Source of the DNA: Candidatus Bathyarchaeota archaeon
GTDB lineage: Archaea; Thermoproteota; Bathyarchaeia; Bathyarchaeales; Bathycorpusculaceae
DNA length: 64,000 bases
NCBI GenBank assembly: GCA_963828195.1
Contig: CAWHDT010000007.1
Span: 1-64,000, forward strand
Direction: 5' to 3'
A program made the translations under genes and the position numbers. Shown piece after piece: positions 48,619 through 58,745 of the stretch (position 1 is its first letter; every line of letters begins with the position of its first letter). The notes under the pieces are model-generated. The model had not been told where the DNA came from. It was given only the letters and a program-made list of their open reading frames with translations, and did no database searches.

Positions 48619-49656
48619 ATGGAGACTTTAGTTGATGACATAGGCAGTTTCCCGTTGCCGTTTGGAGTTGGAAGAGAAGCTTTCAGCAGAGCGTATAAGC
48701 TTGCAAGAGAAGCAATATTCCAAGGCAAAGATATAACGAAGGATAATTTTTTACAGAGAAATTTCAACGAATTAATACTTGATTCATTTAGGAAAAAAAA
48801 TGCGTCCGGCTTAGATGTCGTAAATTTTCCGCAACATTACGATGGGATAAAGCAAGTCGGTGATGCAATCCACTTGGCAATGGCGAATGGCTCTTTTGTT
48901 GTCGAACAGGACAAAGCGTTTTTCCCAGAAGTGCACCTGATCAGTCAACAAGCTAAAGTTCTCAGCGAAGAATTCGGCAAAAAAATCCAGTTGCGCGTAT
49001 CAATTTTTGGTCCACTTGAACAGTACCTGCATGAGGTTGGAAAAACAGCGTACCCAGATGTGCTGGAAGGGTTTGCCGAGACAATTAAACGGTTCGCAAA
49101 AAACGCGCTCTTAAACAACAAATATATTGAAACAAAAGTTGTTTCGATTGATGAGCCTAGCTTCGGCTTCAACAACATCCAAGCGGCACCTGACTTGATC
49201 TGCGAGGTGCTTGAAAAAACATTTGATTTCCAAGGAGCCATAAAGCAGATTCATTTGCATTCAGCTTCAGGACTGCATGATTTGCTCCGCGTCAAAAACC
49301 TTGATGTGTTATCGTTTGAGTATGCTGCTTCGCCAAGCAACATTGAAGCAGTTCCCAAAAGCATGCTGGAAAAGGCGGATAAGCAAATCAGAGTCGGCAT
49401 CTCAAGAACAGACATAGACAGCATTTTAGCAGAACTCTACGAGAAAGGCGTGGCTAAACCTTCATCTGAACAATTGGTTGAACCAGAAGAAACGATAAGG
49501 AAAAGATACATGGTTGCCGAAGAAAAATATGGCGACCGAATGACGTTTACGGGTCCTGACTGCGGGTTAGGCGGGTGGCCAAGCCAAGAAGCGGCCCAGC
49601 TTTTGTTGGAGCGCACAGTGAAAGCGGCGAAATCAGCTTCGAAAACACCTGCGTAA
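48619..49656 (+). CDS. Cobalamin-independent methionine synthase-like catalytic barrel
   Basis: DIGSFP, SIDEP, IHLH, GPDCGLG. Confidence 0.75.
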   Translation: METLVDDIGSFPLPFGVGREAFSRAYKLAREAIFQGKDITKDNFLQRNFNELILDSFRKKNASGLDVVNFPQHYDGIKQVGDAIHLAMANGSFVVEQDKAFFPEVHLISQQAKVLSEEFGKKIQLRVSIFGPLEQYLHEVGKTAYPDVLEGFAETIKRFAKNALLNNKYIETKVVSIDEPSFGFNNIQAAPDLICEVLEKTFDFQGAIKQIHLHSASGLHDLLRVKNLDVLSFEYAASPSNIEAVPKSMLEKADKQIRVGISRTDIDSILAELYEKGVAKPSSEQLVEPEETIRKRYMVAEEKYGDRMTFTGPDCGLGGWPSQEAAQLLLERTVKAAKSASKTPA

Positions 49657-49680
49657 AGAAAAGAAAAAAAGATTTGCTTA

Positions 49681-50550
49681 CTAAGGTTGTTCGGATGGCG
49701 GCTGCTGTGATGACGGTTGTGGTGGCATTGTTTTCTTCCTTGCTGCTGCCTGTGCTTGTTGGGCGTTAGTTAAGTCTTTGAATCCGTAGGTTCCGACTGG
49801 AGGCCAGCCTGCTTCAGGCATGACTGCGGGCACTAACATGATTGTGTTTGTTTGTGATTGCTGGCCCAACTCGTAGAGTATGTTCATCCATCTGAGTCTC
49901 AGTCCGTCTGGGCTTGCCTCGTAGGCTTTTGCTGCTTCAATCATTTTTTGTGACGCTTCAAACTCTGCTGTGGCTAACGTAACTCTCGCAATGCGTTCCC
50001 GTTCAGCTTGGGCTTGGCGGCTCATGGCGTCTTGCAGGTTGCTTGGTATTATGACATCGCGGACTTCCACGGAGGTAACTTTGATTCCCCATGCCTCAGT
50101 TTTTTCATCGATGATTTCGCGCAGTTTAGCCCCGACTTTTTCTCGTTCCGCGAGCAACTCGTTGAGGCTTTGTTTACCGATGACTTCCCGCAGGGTTGTT
50201 TGAGATGCCAATTGTGTCGCTTGGTAGTAGTTTTCAACTTGCAGCACTGCCTTCTCTAAATCCACGGGCCTCATGTATAAAACTGAATCAACGTTTACTG
50301 GAACGTTATCTTTAGTTAACGTTGACTCAGTGCGGAATTGTATAGTATCTAGTCTTGTGGAGATTGTCAGGGGCGCCCTGTCAATTAAAGGAATAAGATA
50401 GACGATGCCGGGACCCTTCAAGCCAACATAGCGTCCGAGCCTTAAAACTGGCATCCGCTGCCACTCTTTCAGAACACGAATACCGCTTAACAGGAAAAGT
50501 ACAACAACTATAGCTATAAATCCAATTACACCCTCAACAACTGCCGACAT
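49681..50550 (-). CDS. SPFH/stomatin family protein
   Basis: TKDNV.V.VD, QTTLREVIG, WGIKVTSVE, QAQAERER. Confidence 0.95.
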   Translation of the reverse strand: MSAVVEGVIGFIAIVVVLFLLSGIRVLKEWQRMPVLRLGRYVGLKGPGIVYLIPLIDRAPLTISTRLDTIQFRTESTLTKDNVPVNVDSVLYMRPVDLEKAVLQVENYYQATQLASQTTLREVIGKQSLNELLAEREKVGAKLREIIDEKTEAWGIKVTSVEVRDVIIPSNLQDAMSRQAQAERERIARVTLATAEFEASQKMIEAAKAYEASPDGLRLRWMNILYELGQQSQTNTIMLVPAVMPEAGWPPVGTYGFKDLTNAQQAQAAARKKTMPPQPSSQQPPSEQP

Positions 50551-50590
50551 TTAATTCACACCTTCAATCATTATTCTGCGCTCTTAAGAG

Positions 50591-50995
50591 TTAAGCTTTT
50601 TGCTGCGCTGGTTTAACCACAAGATACACGCCTTCCATGCTTACAACTTCCACCGCTTCACCAGCAGCTATTGCCCCATCTTTGGCGGTTGCTTCCCAGA
50701 ACTCGCCCATAACGCGGACTTCACCTTTAGGGTTAAGGTCACTTGTCGCTACGCCTCTGGCTCCAATCAAGGCTTCTTTGCCTGTTTTTACCCGTTTAAA
50801 CTGGGCTTTGAATCCAGCGGCGAATATGAGGATGATGACTGCTGCGACGACAAACAGCGTTGCCGCAAGAGCTACGTCGTCTGATGCGCCCAGCCCCATG
50901 AAGCTTACTCCGTAGACTGCTAAGACAACGAGGAAGGCTCCAACGGCTACTAAGACTCCGACGAGTAAACCCAGCGAAACATGCATCCAAATCAC
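50591..50995 (-). CDS. NfeD family protein
   Basis: TGKEALIG, G.VRVMGEFWEA; upstream of SPFH. Confidence 0.9.
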   Translation of the reverse strand: MIWMHVSLGLLVGVLVAVGAFLVVLAVYGVSFMGLGASDDVALAATLFVVAAVIILIFAAGFKAQFKRVKTGKEALIGARGVATSDLNPKGEVRVMGEFWEATAKDGAIAAGEAVEVVSMEGVYLVVKPAQQKA

Positions 50996-51515
50996 TTGCT
51001 TACTGAAATAGTCAGAATCAGCTTATAAGACAATTGCTTGAATCAGTGGGGTTTCTGGGGATTTTTGTCCTTTGTGTTATGGCTTGTTTTTTTGGTTTAG
51101 GGCTTGAAGCGGTTGCAGGTTGTTTTTTTTTGCGTTCCAACCCATTCCTCCGCGTTGTTTTTCGTCGTTTTTTGTTCCTTTCCGTCTCTTGCCGACTTTC
51201 CCCCTTTCTAAACCTCTAACCCCGAAAATTACCGTCACAACAACGCCAAAACGGCAAATGCGCGCAAAATTCCAAAGTCCCTTAACTCACAATGCGACAT
51301 AAGTTTTATTGCCCTCATGAAAAGAAAAATGAATTAACTTTAATGTTTGAGAAGAAAAAAAGAGCTCCATCCATCTTAATCAAAAACAGATGGAAAAGGG
51401 GCTATTGAAGCAACTGCGATTGCATTGCTGAGCTGCGGAATCGGATGGGGGTTGCGTCGAAGTGGCGGCGACGGCATGGGTGAGGGCGGTTCAATCTCTA
51501 GTGGGGAACGATTTA

Positions 51516-52445
51516 TCAGTCTTCTTCGCCTCCGTGAACGGTGGGAACTATTGTTAGTTCAATCAGGTTTTCTCTTCGGATGATGGTTAGAGTGGTTTCT
51601 TTGTTTATCACGTCTTCTGAGAGCAGTCTGGGTAGGTCGTAGAAGTCAGTGACGGGTTTGCCGTTGAATTTAACTAGTACGTCGCCCATGGCTAAGCCTG
51701 CTTTGCGTGCCGGGGAGCCTGCTTCAACGCTGAAAATCATTACAGCTGTTTCCTGTTCTAAGCCTGCTTGCTCAGCGATTTCCTCTGGAATGGCAACGGT
51801 GTTCGCGATTATGCCGAGGTAACCTTTCTGCGCTACTTTTCCAGTCATCAGCCTGTCTGCAACTGCTTTTACCTTGTTTATTGGGATAGCGATGCCTCTT
51901 TGCCAAACGTACGCCGCGTTTATACCGATGATTTTGCCATCTACATCTACGAGTGGTCCGCCGCTGAATCCTGGATTAAGCTGGGCATCGGTGGCGATTA
52001 CGTTTTCCATTTGTGTTCCACGCCAACCTCTAAGACTGCTGTTTACGTTGGTTACGATGCCTGTGGTGGCGGTGGGTTGCTGTCTATTAAATGGGTTAGC
52101 AAGAGCGAAAACGTATTGTCCGACGCTTAGTTTTTCTGAATCGCCTAGTTCTATGGGTGTAAATTCGCCTTTCTCCGCTTTTAAGAGGGCTATGTCATTG
52201 TAGGGGTCGGATCCGACGATTTTTGCGTTGAAGGTTTTTTCTCCTTGGCCTACTTTAACTGTGTTGGCTCCTGCGGTAACGTGGTTGCAGGTTACGATGT
52301 AGCCGTCTTTGGTTAATACGACGCCTGTGCCGTGTGACATTTGCGATTTTACGCTAACTACTGACTGCGAAATTTTCTTGATTAGCATGCTTGTTGCTTC
52401 TGAGAGGGATTTCAAAACTTCTAATGGATTAGATAGTTGACTCAT
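51516..52445 (-). CDS. HtrA/DegP-like serine protease with PDZ domain, no signal peptide
   Basis: TCNHV, DIALL, NPGFSGGPL, GSPARKAGL..GDV. Confidence 0.93.
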   Translation of the reverse strand: MSQLSNPLEVLKSLSEATSMLIKKISQSVVSVKSQMSHGTGVVLTKDGYIVTCNHVTAGANTVKVGQGEKTFNAKIVGSDPYNDIALLKAEKGEFTPIELGDSEKLSVGQYVFALANPFNRQQPTATTGIVTNVNSSLRGWRGTQMENVIATDAQLNPGFSGGPLVDVDGKIIGINAAYVWQRGIAIPINKVKAVADRLMTGKVAQKGYLGIIANTVAIPEEIAEQAGLEQETAVMIFSVEAGSPARKAGLAMGDVLVKFNGKPVTDFYDLPRLLSEDVINKETTLTIIRRENLIELTIVPTVHGGEED

Positions 52446-52638
52446 TTTGTTTTTCACCGCAAAATACTGTAGCAAAATAGTATTTGTTGACTAAGGAACA
52501 GGCATAGTCAGTCACGAATTTTGAGGGACCGGTGGAAGTTTTCAAAAATGAAAGAAACTTTGTTTAGCCACGTTTCACATGGAAAAAGTCTTTGTGCTAA
52601 AGTGAATATTTAATTCTCCGCTCAAAATCTATTTAATT

Positions 52639-53314
52639 ATGCGAAGATTGCACGTTTTCCTCATTCTTCTGACCTTAGCCGTAGTCTTGCTTCTTATTCT
52701 CGTCACAATCAGCGTGTACCTAGCTCGCTAGCACACCTTCTTCTTACCAGTCAAGCTGGATAGGGCAGATGTGGCAGAGCATGGGCATAGGCAAATCAAC
52801 AAGTAGCGGAAGCAACGGCGGCATGGGAGGAATGATGGGGGGCAACGGCACGGGAACCACCTCAGCAGCGTCCAACCTCTGGATAATTCCTGTAGCTCTA
52901 ATAGCGGCAGTGGCAATAGGCCTCGTTGGCTTTGGCTTCTACGTGGTTTATCCCGAGATCAGAAACATCGGAAGAACCTGCGAACCAAGCAAAATAGGGC
53001 CTACTTCCGCAAGCCCCGTCCAAACCGCAAGTTTAAACATTCCGACCACAAATACGGCACCTAACTCTTGCGACGTAATTTTAAAGACTATGACGCCTGA
53101 AGAACAAAAAGTCCTCACTGTATTAATTGCTCATCAAGGAAAGTACCTGCAAAAATATGTTGGGAAAGAAGCCGGGCTCAGTCGGCTTAAAACCCATCGC
53201 ATTGTAGCTCGGTTCGCGGAACGCGGAATCGTCACTGTGAAACCTCTGGGAAACACAAATGAAGTCACGGTCTCAGACTGGGTTAGCAGCTCAAAGCCAC
53301 AAAGCTCCAAATAA
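52639..53314 (+). CDS. Membrane-anchored wHTH regulator with GGMM motif; apparent frameshift near 52720
   Basis: TM ORF 52639-52731 continues in the +1 frame into 52769..53314; QKYV...GLSRLKTHRIVARFAERG HTH. Confidence 0.75.
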
Positions 53315-53334
53315 GCTGTTTTAGCCCCTAAAAA

Positions 53335-53361
53335 AACTGTTTCATGACTGTTTCAGCCAAC
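53335..53361 (+). promoter_or_regulatory. Tandem operator motif, copy 1
   Basis: AACTGTTTCATGACTGTTTCAGCCAAC, ending about 47 bp before ATG 53408. Confidence 0.7.
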
Positions 53362-53407
53362 TTCTATACCAAACGCAGCCATGGATGTATTGTAGAGGTA
53401 AATTGAA

Positions 53408-53731
53408 ATGAAAACTTTGAAAATAATTGCCGTATTGACCCTTGTAGCGTTGGCTGCTACGCTGTTAATCGCGTCGGCTTACGCTTACACGGGTGGACGC
53501 GTCGGTACGTCCGCTACAACAAACTCCCCAAACAGCGTAACATCCTACGGGGGCTATGCTGGCGGAATGATGGGAAATGGTGGCATGATGAGAGGCTACG
53601 GAGACTCTGGTGCAGTCGGAACAGCCCAACAACAATCGAGCACACCTTTGACAACTACCAGCAACATCTTCAAACCAATGTACAATTGGATGGCTGGGTT
53701 TTGCAGAGGCATGATGAGCCGAATTCGATAG
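53408..53731 (+). CDS. Secreted Gly/Met-rich small protein
   Basis: Signal peptide, GGMMGNGGMMRG, CRGMM. Confidence 0.8.
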   Translation: MKTLKIIAVLTLVALAATLLIASAYAYTGGRVGTSATTNSPNSVTSYGGYAGGMMGNGGMMRGYGDSGAVGTAQQQSSTPLTTTSNIFKPMYNWMAGFCRGMMSRIR

Positions 53732-53743
53732 GGATGCCCTAAC

Positions 53744-53899
53744 ATGTGTGGGTGTGGATGCGGTTGTGGCTCAGAATCCGATGATGACAACAAAGAAGCT
53801 ATCCCAGAAGATATTATGGCGCCGTGCAAATACTGCGCAACTCTTTTTCCTTGGACCTTGACGATATGTCCAAATTGCGGAGCCAAAAGAACCGCCTAA
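53744..53899 (+). CDS. 51-aa Cys-rich microprotein (CGCGCGC plus Zn ribbon)
   Basis: MCGCGCGCG...CKYC...CPNCGA; not in the ORF track. Confidence 0.8.
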   Translation: MCGCGCGCGSESDDDNKEAIPEDIMAPCKYCATLFPWTLTICPNCGAKRTA

Positions 53900-54020
53900 G
53901 TTTTTTATTTGTTTTTCGTGAGGTTTGGTTTGTGGATGTGAAAACGCCTATAAGCAGCCTATGACACGTGTCATATCAGGTAAGTCGAAAACACAGTCTT
54001 GCCTGAAGGGCAAAAAGCGA

Positions 54021-54047
54021 AACTGTTTCAATCTTGTATCAGCAAAC
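54021..54047 (+). promoter_or_regulatory. Tandem operator motif, copy 2
   Basis: AACTGTTTCAATCTTGTATCAGCAAAC, ending about 51 bp before ATG 54098. Confidence 0.7.
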
Positions 54048-54097
54048 CATCAAATCACTTGTCACCCTTAAGGCAAGTATCAAGGAGAAGTGAAAAA

Positions 54098-54835
54098 ATG
54101 AACACAAAGAAAATAATCATCATATTAACCGTCGCTGTTATCGCAACAGCGTTAGTAACCGCTTCAGTATTCGCATTTCTATTCATACCCACGACAACAA
54201 GCTCAAACCCAACGCCACCCTCCACAGCAGGAATAGAAGCCCAGGCCACTCCTACGGCACCATCAACAACGACAGCGGCGTTAACAATTAATGATGCGGC
54301 CACTATAGCCCAAAACTACATAACGCAAATTAGCAACTCTAATCTTTCGGTTGCGGAAGTGGACCAATACTCAACATGCTTCTATGTACAAGTCGTGGAG
54401 AAAAACACTGGGGCAGGAGCATTCGAACTAGTAATCAACAACGTTACAGGCGCGGTCACAGCCGAGCAGGGCGCAATGATGGAGTGGAACACCAAGTACG
54501 GAATCTCCAGCAGCACAGGTATGATGGGCTACTTGACCACGGGAACAAATGGAGGCATGATGGGCTCAGGCGGCATGATGACGTGGCTTAGAGGAACACC
54601 GACAACAAATATGGCTGTCTCAATGGATCAAGCTAAAACTGAGGCGCAGCAATACCTAAACACCAACTACTCAGGAACCACAGTCGGACAAACGACAGCT
54701 TTCTACGGATACTACGAGATGCAAGTCCTCAAAGGAACCAACTATTACGGCATGATAACTGTAAACGGTCAAACTGGACAAGTCTTATATTGCTCATGGC
54801 TGGGCACACTCATGCAGCAAATGATAATCGGTTAA
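54098..54835 (+). CDS. Membrane-anchored double PepSY-like protein with GMMG linker
   Basis: N-terminal TM; A..IAQNY...GAFELVIN..TG, WNTKYG, FYGYY...VNGQTGQV. Confidence 0.8.
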   Translation: MNTKKIIIILTVAVIATALVTASVFAFLFIPTTTSSNPTPPSTAGIEAQATPTAPSTTTAALTINDAATIAQNYITQISNSNLSVAEVDQYSTCFYVQVVEKNTGAGAFELVINNVTGAVTAEQGAMMEWNTKYGISSSTGMMGYLTTGTNGGMMGSGGMMTWLRGTPTTNMAVSMDQAKTEAQQYLNTNYSGTTVGQTTAFYGYYEMQVLKGTNYYGMITVNGQTGQVLYCSWLGTLMQQMIIG

Positions 54836-54985
54836 GCCGCTTTTGTGGTTCAACTGCCTTTTAGTTTTTTGGAAACTTTTTTATTTCCTTGACACCCTCG
54901 CTTTCGGTCGGACTAAAGAAACCGATGATTTTTCAAGGAACAAAAACCTTTAGAAACCCCTCAAACCTAGCTTCTTTGTGGAATA

Positions 54986-55306
54986 ATGGAGAAAGTCTGG
55001 GACGAACTGAAAAAAATTGAAGCTCAAGCCGACCAAATTTGCAGCCAAGCTCAGGATAAAGCCAAAGAAATGACGGCTCTTGCACAGCAGGAAGCCGAGA
55101 AGCTGTTAGCTAACGCCAAAGCATATGGTGAAGAGGAGGCTCAGCAAATTTATGACCGCACCGTTCAGGAAGCCAACCGCAAACGTGAAGAACAGCTAAA
55201 AGCAAGTCAAGAAGCCCAAACGAATCTAAGGGCGCAAGCAGAAAAACAGTTGAAGACGGCAGTCAACACAGTTGTGAACCGAGTGCTCGGGGAAACCAAG
55301 TTTTGA
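54986..55306 (+). CDS. atpH: A/V-type ATP synthase subunit H (G-like stalk)
   Basis: Charged helical 106 aa, first gene of the ATP synthase cluster. Confidence 0.75.
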   Translation: MEKVWDELKKIEAQADQICSQAQDKAKEMTALAQQEAEKLLANAKAYGEEEAQQIYDRTVQEANRKREEQLKASQEAQTNLRAQAEKQLKTAVNTVVNRVLGETKF

Positions 55307-56355
55307 CTCAGACGACAGTTTACTCGTCCGTTTTAGCGAAAATCGGAGCAGAAAGAAGCAAACTGCTCAACGAAACCAAACTCAAAGCTTTAACAGAATG
55401 CAAAAATCTTTCAGAGCTCACGACTCAACTTCGTGACACCACTTATCAAGAGCAACTTGCTAAGGCACCGTTACCGCTTAACAGCCGCAAGCTCGAAAGA
55501 GCCTTCCGCGAAAACCTCATTTCAACTTATGCAAAGATGATTAAAAATTCACCAAAGACCGCGTCAAAATACCTTAGTTTATATCTGTTAAAGTTCGAGG
55601 TAGAAAACATCAAGGTGCTTATAAAAGCAACTAACGCCGAGGTAAGCCCTGAACAGAAACTAGACAAAATCTATCTTCGCGTAGAAGATTTTCTTAAAAA
55701 CCGAGTGGTTATAGAGGAAACTGCAAAAGCCCCAACTGTCCAACAAGTGGTGAAAACATTAAAAAAGACTGATTACGCGGCAGCCTTGAACATGGGACTT
55801 CAAAGTTACGAGGAAGACGGCTCAACCACGTGCCTTGACGTACTAATTGATAAGACATTTCACGAAAAACTCTATGATGGGTATGAACGTCTTCCCAAAA
55901 AAGAAAAACCGCATGCGCAGTTTTATGCGAGCTCAGAAAACGACAGCTTCACATTGCTGACGCTGTTGAGAGGAAAAATCCTGAATTATGAACCCAATTG
56001 GCTAAGACTTGCGGTGCCGCCTAACAATTTTTGCCTTGAAAGGGAAAACGTTGAGGCTATGGTGACAGCCGCTGATTTTGACTCAGCCCTAAAAGTTGCC
56101 CTCGATAGCCATTATGCTGGTTTCTTTGTTAAAGCCCAAAGCCCAGAAGAAATAATTGCTAACGCTGAAAAATCCTTCAAGAAAGCCGTCTTGAACCATG
56201 CTAAAGCAAGCAAAATACCTGAAAACTTCAATATCGGTGCACCCATTGCCTTCATGACTCAGAAAGAAGCCGAAGTGCATAATCTTATTGCAGTTGGCTC
56301 AGGTGTAGAAGCAGAAGTTAAACCTGAGAGTATGCAAAGCCGACTGCTGCTTTAA
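55303..56355 (+). CDS. atpC: A/V-type ATP synthase subunit C
   Basis: RSKLL, FEVENIK, KEAEVHNL. Confidence 0.88.
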   Translation: MTQTTVYSSVLAKIGAERSKLLNETKLKALTECKNLSELTTQLRDTTYQEQLAKAPLPLNSRKLERAFRENLISTYAKMIKNSPKTASKYLSLYLLKFEVENIKVLIKATNAEVSPEQKLDKIYLRVEDFLKNRVVIEETAKAPTVQQVVKTLKKTDYAAALNMGLQSYEEDGSTTCLDVLIDKTFHEKLYDGYERLPKKEKPHAQFYASSENDSFTLLTLLRGKILNYEPNWLRLAVPPNNFCLERENVEAMVTAADFDSALKVALDSHYAGFFVKAQSPEEIIANAEKSFKKAVLNHAKASKIPENFNIGAPIAFMTQKEAEVHNLIAVGSGVEAEVKPESMQSRLLL

Positions 56356-58367
56356 GCTTGTTTTGAATCAAGAACAACTTCGGTGTAGACATGGTTCTGC
56401 TTAAACGGCTTAAACACTGTACCGCTATCCTGATAGAATTTGCTAAACCACTCGTAAAAGTGCAGTCTTAGCGTGTGAATGAAAACTATTAAGCCTTCAA
56501 GCGCAATCACGAAAATGTTTCCGCCAACGATGATTACGCCGCTGAGAATCAACGCTGGAACCGAAGCGAAACCTATCTCGCCAGCTATAGTGTAGGTTGC
56601 AAGAAGCAATGCAAAGTGAGCCATAAGCAAAGCAAGAATTCGCGCGTAAGAAATACTGTTGCTAAGCAAACGAGTCAAGAAATCCCCGCTCTCAAAAATT
56701 CTTTCCCCAAACGAGGTTTCTCCCCCTTTTTTGCTTTGGCTTCCAATGGAACGTTGCGAAAATTTCGCCGCAGTCAAGAAAATGGGTTTGCCAAGAGCTA
56801 AAACCAAAAAGGGTACGATGATCAGCAGGATTGGACCGGAAAACCATAAGCTAATATTTAACTTGTAAACTGCAATAAGAGAAACTCCGCCAAGATACAA
56901 CACCATTTGAGGCACGGCTGTTAAAACTGCATCTATCACATTATGCTTAAGCAAAAAGTTCACGAGCTGCAAAACCAAACCGATCATGATTTGTATTACG
57001 CCTACGATGAGGCTGAAAATTAGGAAATCAAAGACATTACTGACCGGATTGAAAGGACTGAACCATAAAGGAGCAAACAAGGGCTTCCCAAAAAAATCGC
57101 CATACATTATTCCCATAACAAGGGCGCTGGCGCCGCATGATGCCATAATCCAGCAGACATTTTTTATTGCTTGGTTCTTTTTGATCAATATCGCAAGCGT
57201 TAACCCGCCGACCAGGAGGATTAAGCCGTGTCCAACGTCGCCGAACATTAACCCGAAAATAATGGGGAACGTGATTGCAATAAGAAAAGTCGGATCTATT
57301 TCGTCGTAAAATGGTAGACCCCAGAGTTTGGTCAACTCTTCAAAAGGCGCGACAAATCTGTTGTGGCTCATCTTAGTTGGCGGGTCTTTAGCCTCAGCTA
57401 CGTCAGTTTCCAGCACCAAAACTTTTTCGCCCAGCAGCGAATGGACTTTTCTGTTAAGTGCATGAAACTTTTTCGTGGGCACAAAACCTTTAACAGTTGC
57501 GAGGCGCCCGGATTCAAGGATTTTTCTTTTCGCTTGCAACAAAGCCAGAATATTTTCGGTGGTTTCATGCCAACATGCAAGCTTGTTTTTGTATTCTTTA
57601 CCTAACTTGCTTAGTGAACTTAAAACTGTTTTTTCCTCATGCGCGTTTTCTTTTGTTTTTTTATTAACTTCTTTGAGTGCCTCGGATGTGTTGTGCGGCA
57701 GATCTTCAGGAATCGTAAATATGCGGGCGCGGTGTATCTTGAGGATTCTTTCAACTTCTTCCCGCTGTTTGCTTGGCATGGCTAAATATACAAAGTCAAA
57801 GTCCTTGGTTAAGTAAGAACGATGCAGAACAATCGGGAACCCCTTAAGCGCCACTGTTAATCCATCAAAATTTTTGTGTGGAACGCTTGCGATGGAGACA
57901 TGAATTAATTTTAGTTCTCCGAAGGCTGCAAGGTCCATGCCCATCTTATCCATCGTCGTAAGCATGTATTGGAGGTGATTGAGCTGAGAGGCTTTTTCTC
58001 GCAGACTTGATAGGGAAACATTGAATTCGTCGGCTTCTTTTTTCAGAGCGTAGATTTCTTGGCGGGTGGATTCCAGCAGGGCTTGCCAATTTTCGGCGGT
58101 TACATGCATTTTAGTGGGTTGTGATGCCTCGAAAATGTCAAAAAAACCTGGTTTTTCTTGGATAAGCTGTTTAGTCAACTCGTTAATGGTTGAGAGGGAA
58201 TCCTCAACCCGCTGGATGCGTTGGTTATATTCAGAGGGGCCTGTGTTAGCTTCGGCTGCTTGTTCCACGTGGAATTCTCCGAAGCTGCTTAGCGCTTCCA
58301 GTACCGATTCGACGTCTTTTCTGACGCAGATTATCGACGTAAAAGTCATTCTTTCTGGTCGAAGCAT
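56352..58367 (-). CDS. atpI: A/V-type ATP synthase subunit I (inverted)
   Basis: PPT, EIDPT, FGLMFGDVGHG, SISYARILAL, HTLRLHFYEWFSKFY. Confidence 0.93.
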   Translation of the reverse strand: MLRPERMTFTSIICVRKDVESVLEALSSFGEFHVEQAAEANTGPSEYNQRIQRVEDSLSTINELTKQLIQEKPGFFDIFEASQPTKMHVTAENWQALLESTRQEIYALKKEADEFNVSLSSLREKASQLNHLQYMLTTMDKMGMDLAAFGELKLIHVSIASVPHKNFDGLTVALKGFPIVLHRSYLTKDFDFVYLAMPSKQREEVERILKIHRARIFTIPEDLPHNTSEALKEVNKKTKENAHEEKTVLSSLSKLGKEYKNKLACWHETTENILALLQAKRKILESGRLATVKGFVPTKKFHALNRKVHSLLGEKVLVLETDVAEAKDPPTKMSHNRFVAPFEELTKLWGLPFYDEIDPTFLIAITFPIIFGLMFGDVGHGLILLVGGLTLAILIKKNQAIKNVCWIMASCGASALVMGIMYGDFFGKPLFAPLWFSPFNPVSNVFDFLIFSLIVGVIQIMIGLVLQLVNFLLKHNVIDAVLTAVPQMVLYLGGVSLIAVYKLNISLWFSGPILLIIVPFLVLALGKPIFLTAAKFSQRSIGSQSKKGGETSFGERIFESGDFLTRLLSNSISYARILALLMAHFALLLATYTIAGEIGFASVPALILSGVIIVGGNIFVIALEGLIVFIHTLRLHFYEWFSKFYQDSGTVFKPFKQNHVYTEVVLDSKQA

Positions 58368-58424
58368 GTTCCCTAACAAAATGTTGATTAACCTAAGAAT
58401 TAAAAGTTTCATTAGGAACACAAG

Positions 58425-58733
58425 ATGCTTGGTTACGTTATCGGCGACAGCGACATGGTAACTGGCTTTAGGCTTGTCGGCATTGACGGAGTCGAAGTAA
58501 CTTCAGCCGATGAGACAGTGCAGGCTTTAAATAAAGCGCTTGCGCGCAGTGACCTAGCAGTCATAATCATAAGTGAAGAATATTCCAATAAACCGCAGTT
58601 GCATCAAACAATCGACCAAGTTCGCCGGGAACGCAGGAGCCCGCTAATCGTTGAGATACCTGGAAGCAAAGGAAAACCAACTGAAATCCGCATGTCTGAC
58701 TTAATAAGCAAAACCTTAGGCGTTAGATTGTAG
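58425..58733 (+). CDS. atpF: A/V-type ATP synthase subunit F
   Basis: VIGDSDMVTGFRLVGI, PLIVEIP. Confidence 0.92.
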   Translation: MLGYVIGDSDMVTGFRLVGIDGVEVTSADETVQALNKALARSDLAVIIISEEYSNKPQLHQTIDQVRRERRSPLIVEIPGSKGKPTEIRMSDLISKTLGVRL

Positions 58734-58745
58734 AGGCGTTTAAAC

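Noticed and set aside
51000-51515. ncRNA or small ORFs between NfeD and HtrA
   Set aside because: Low-complexity T-rich DNA; no convincing structure beyond a possible short terminator hairpin
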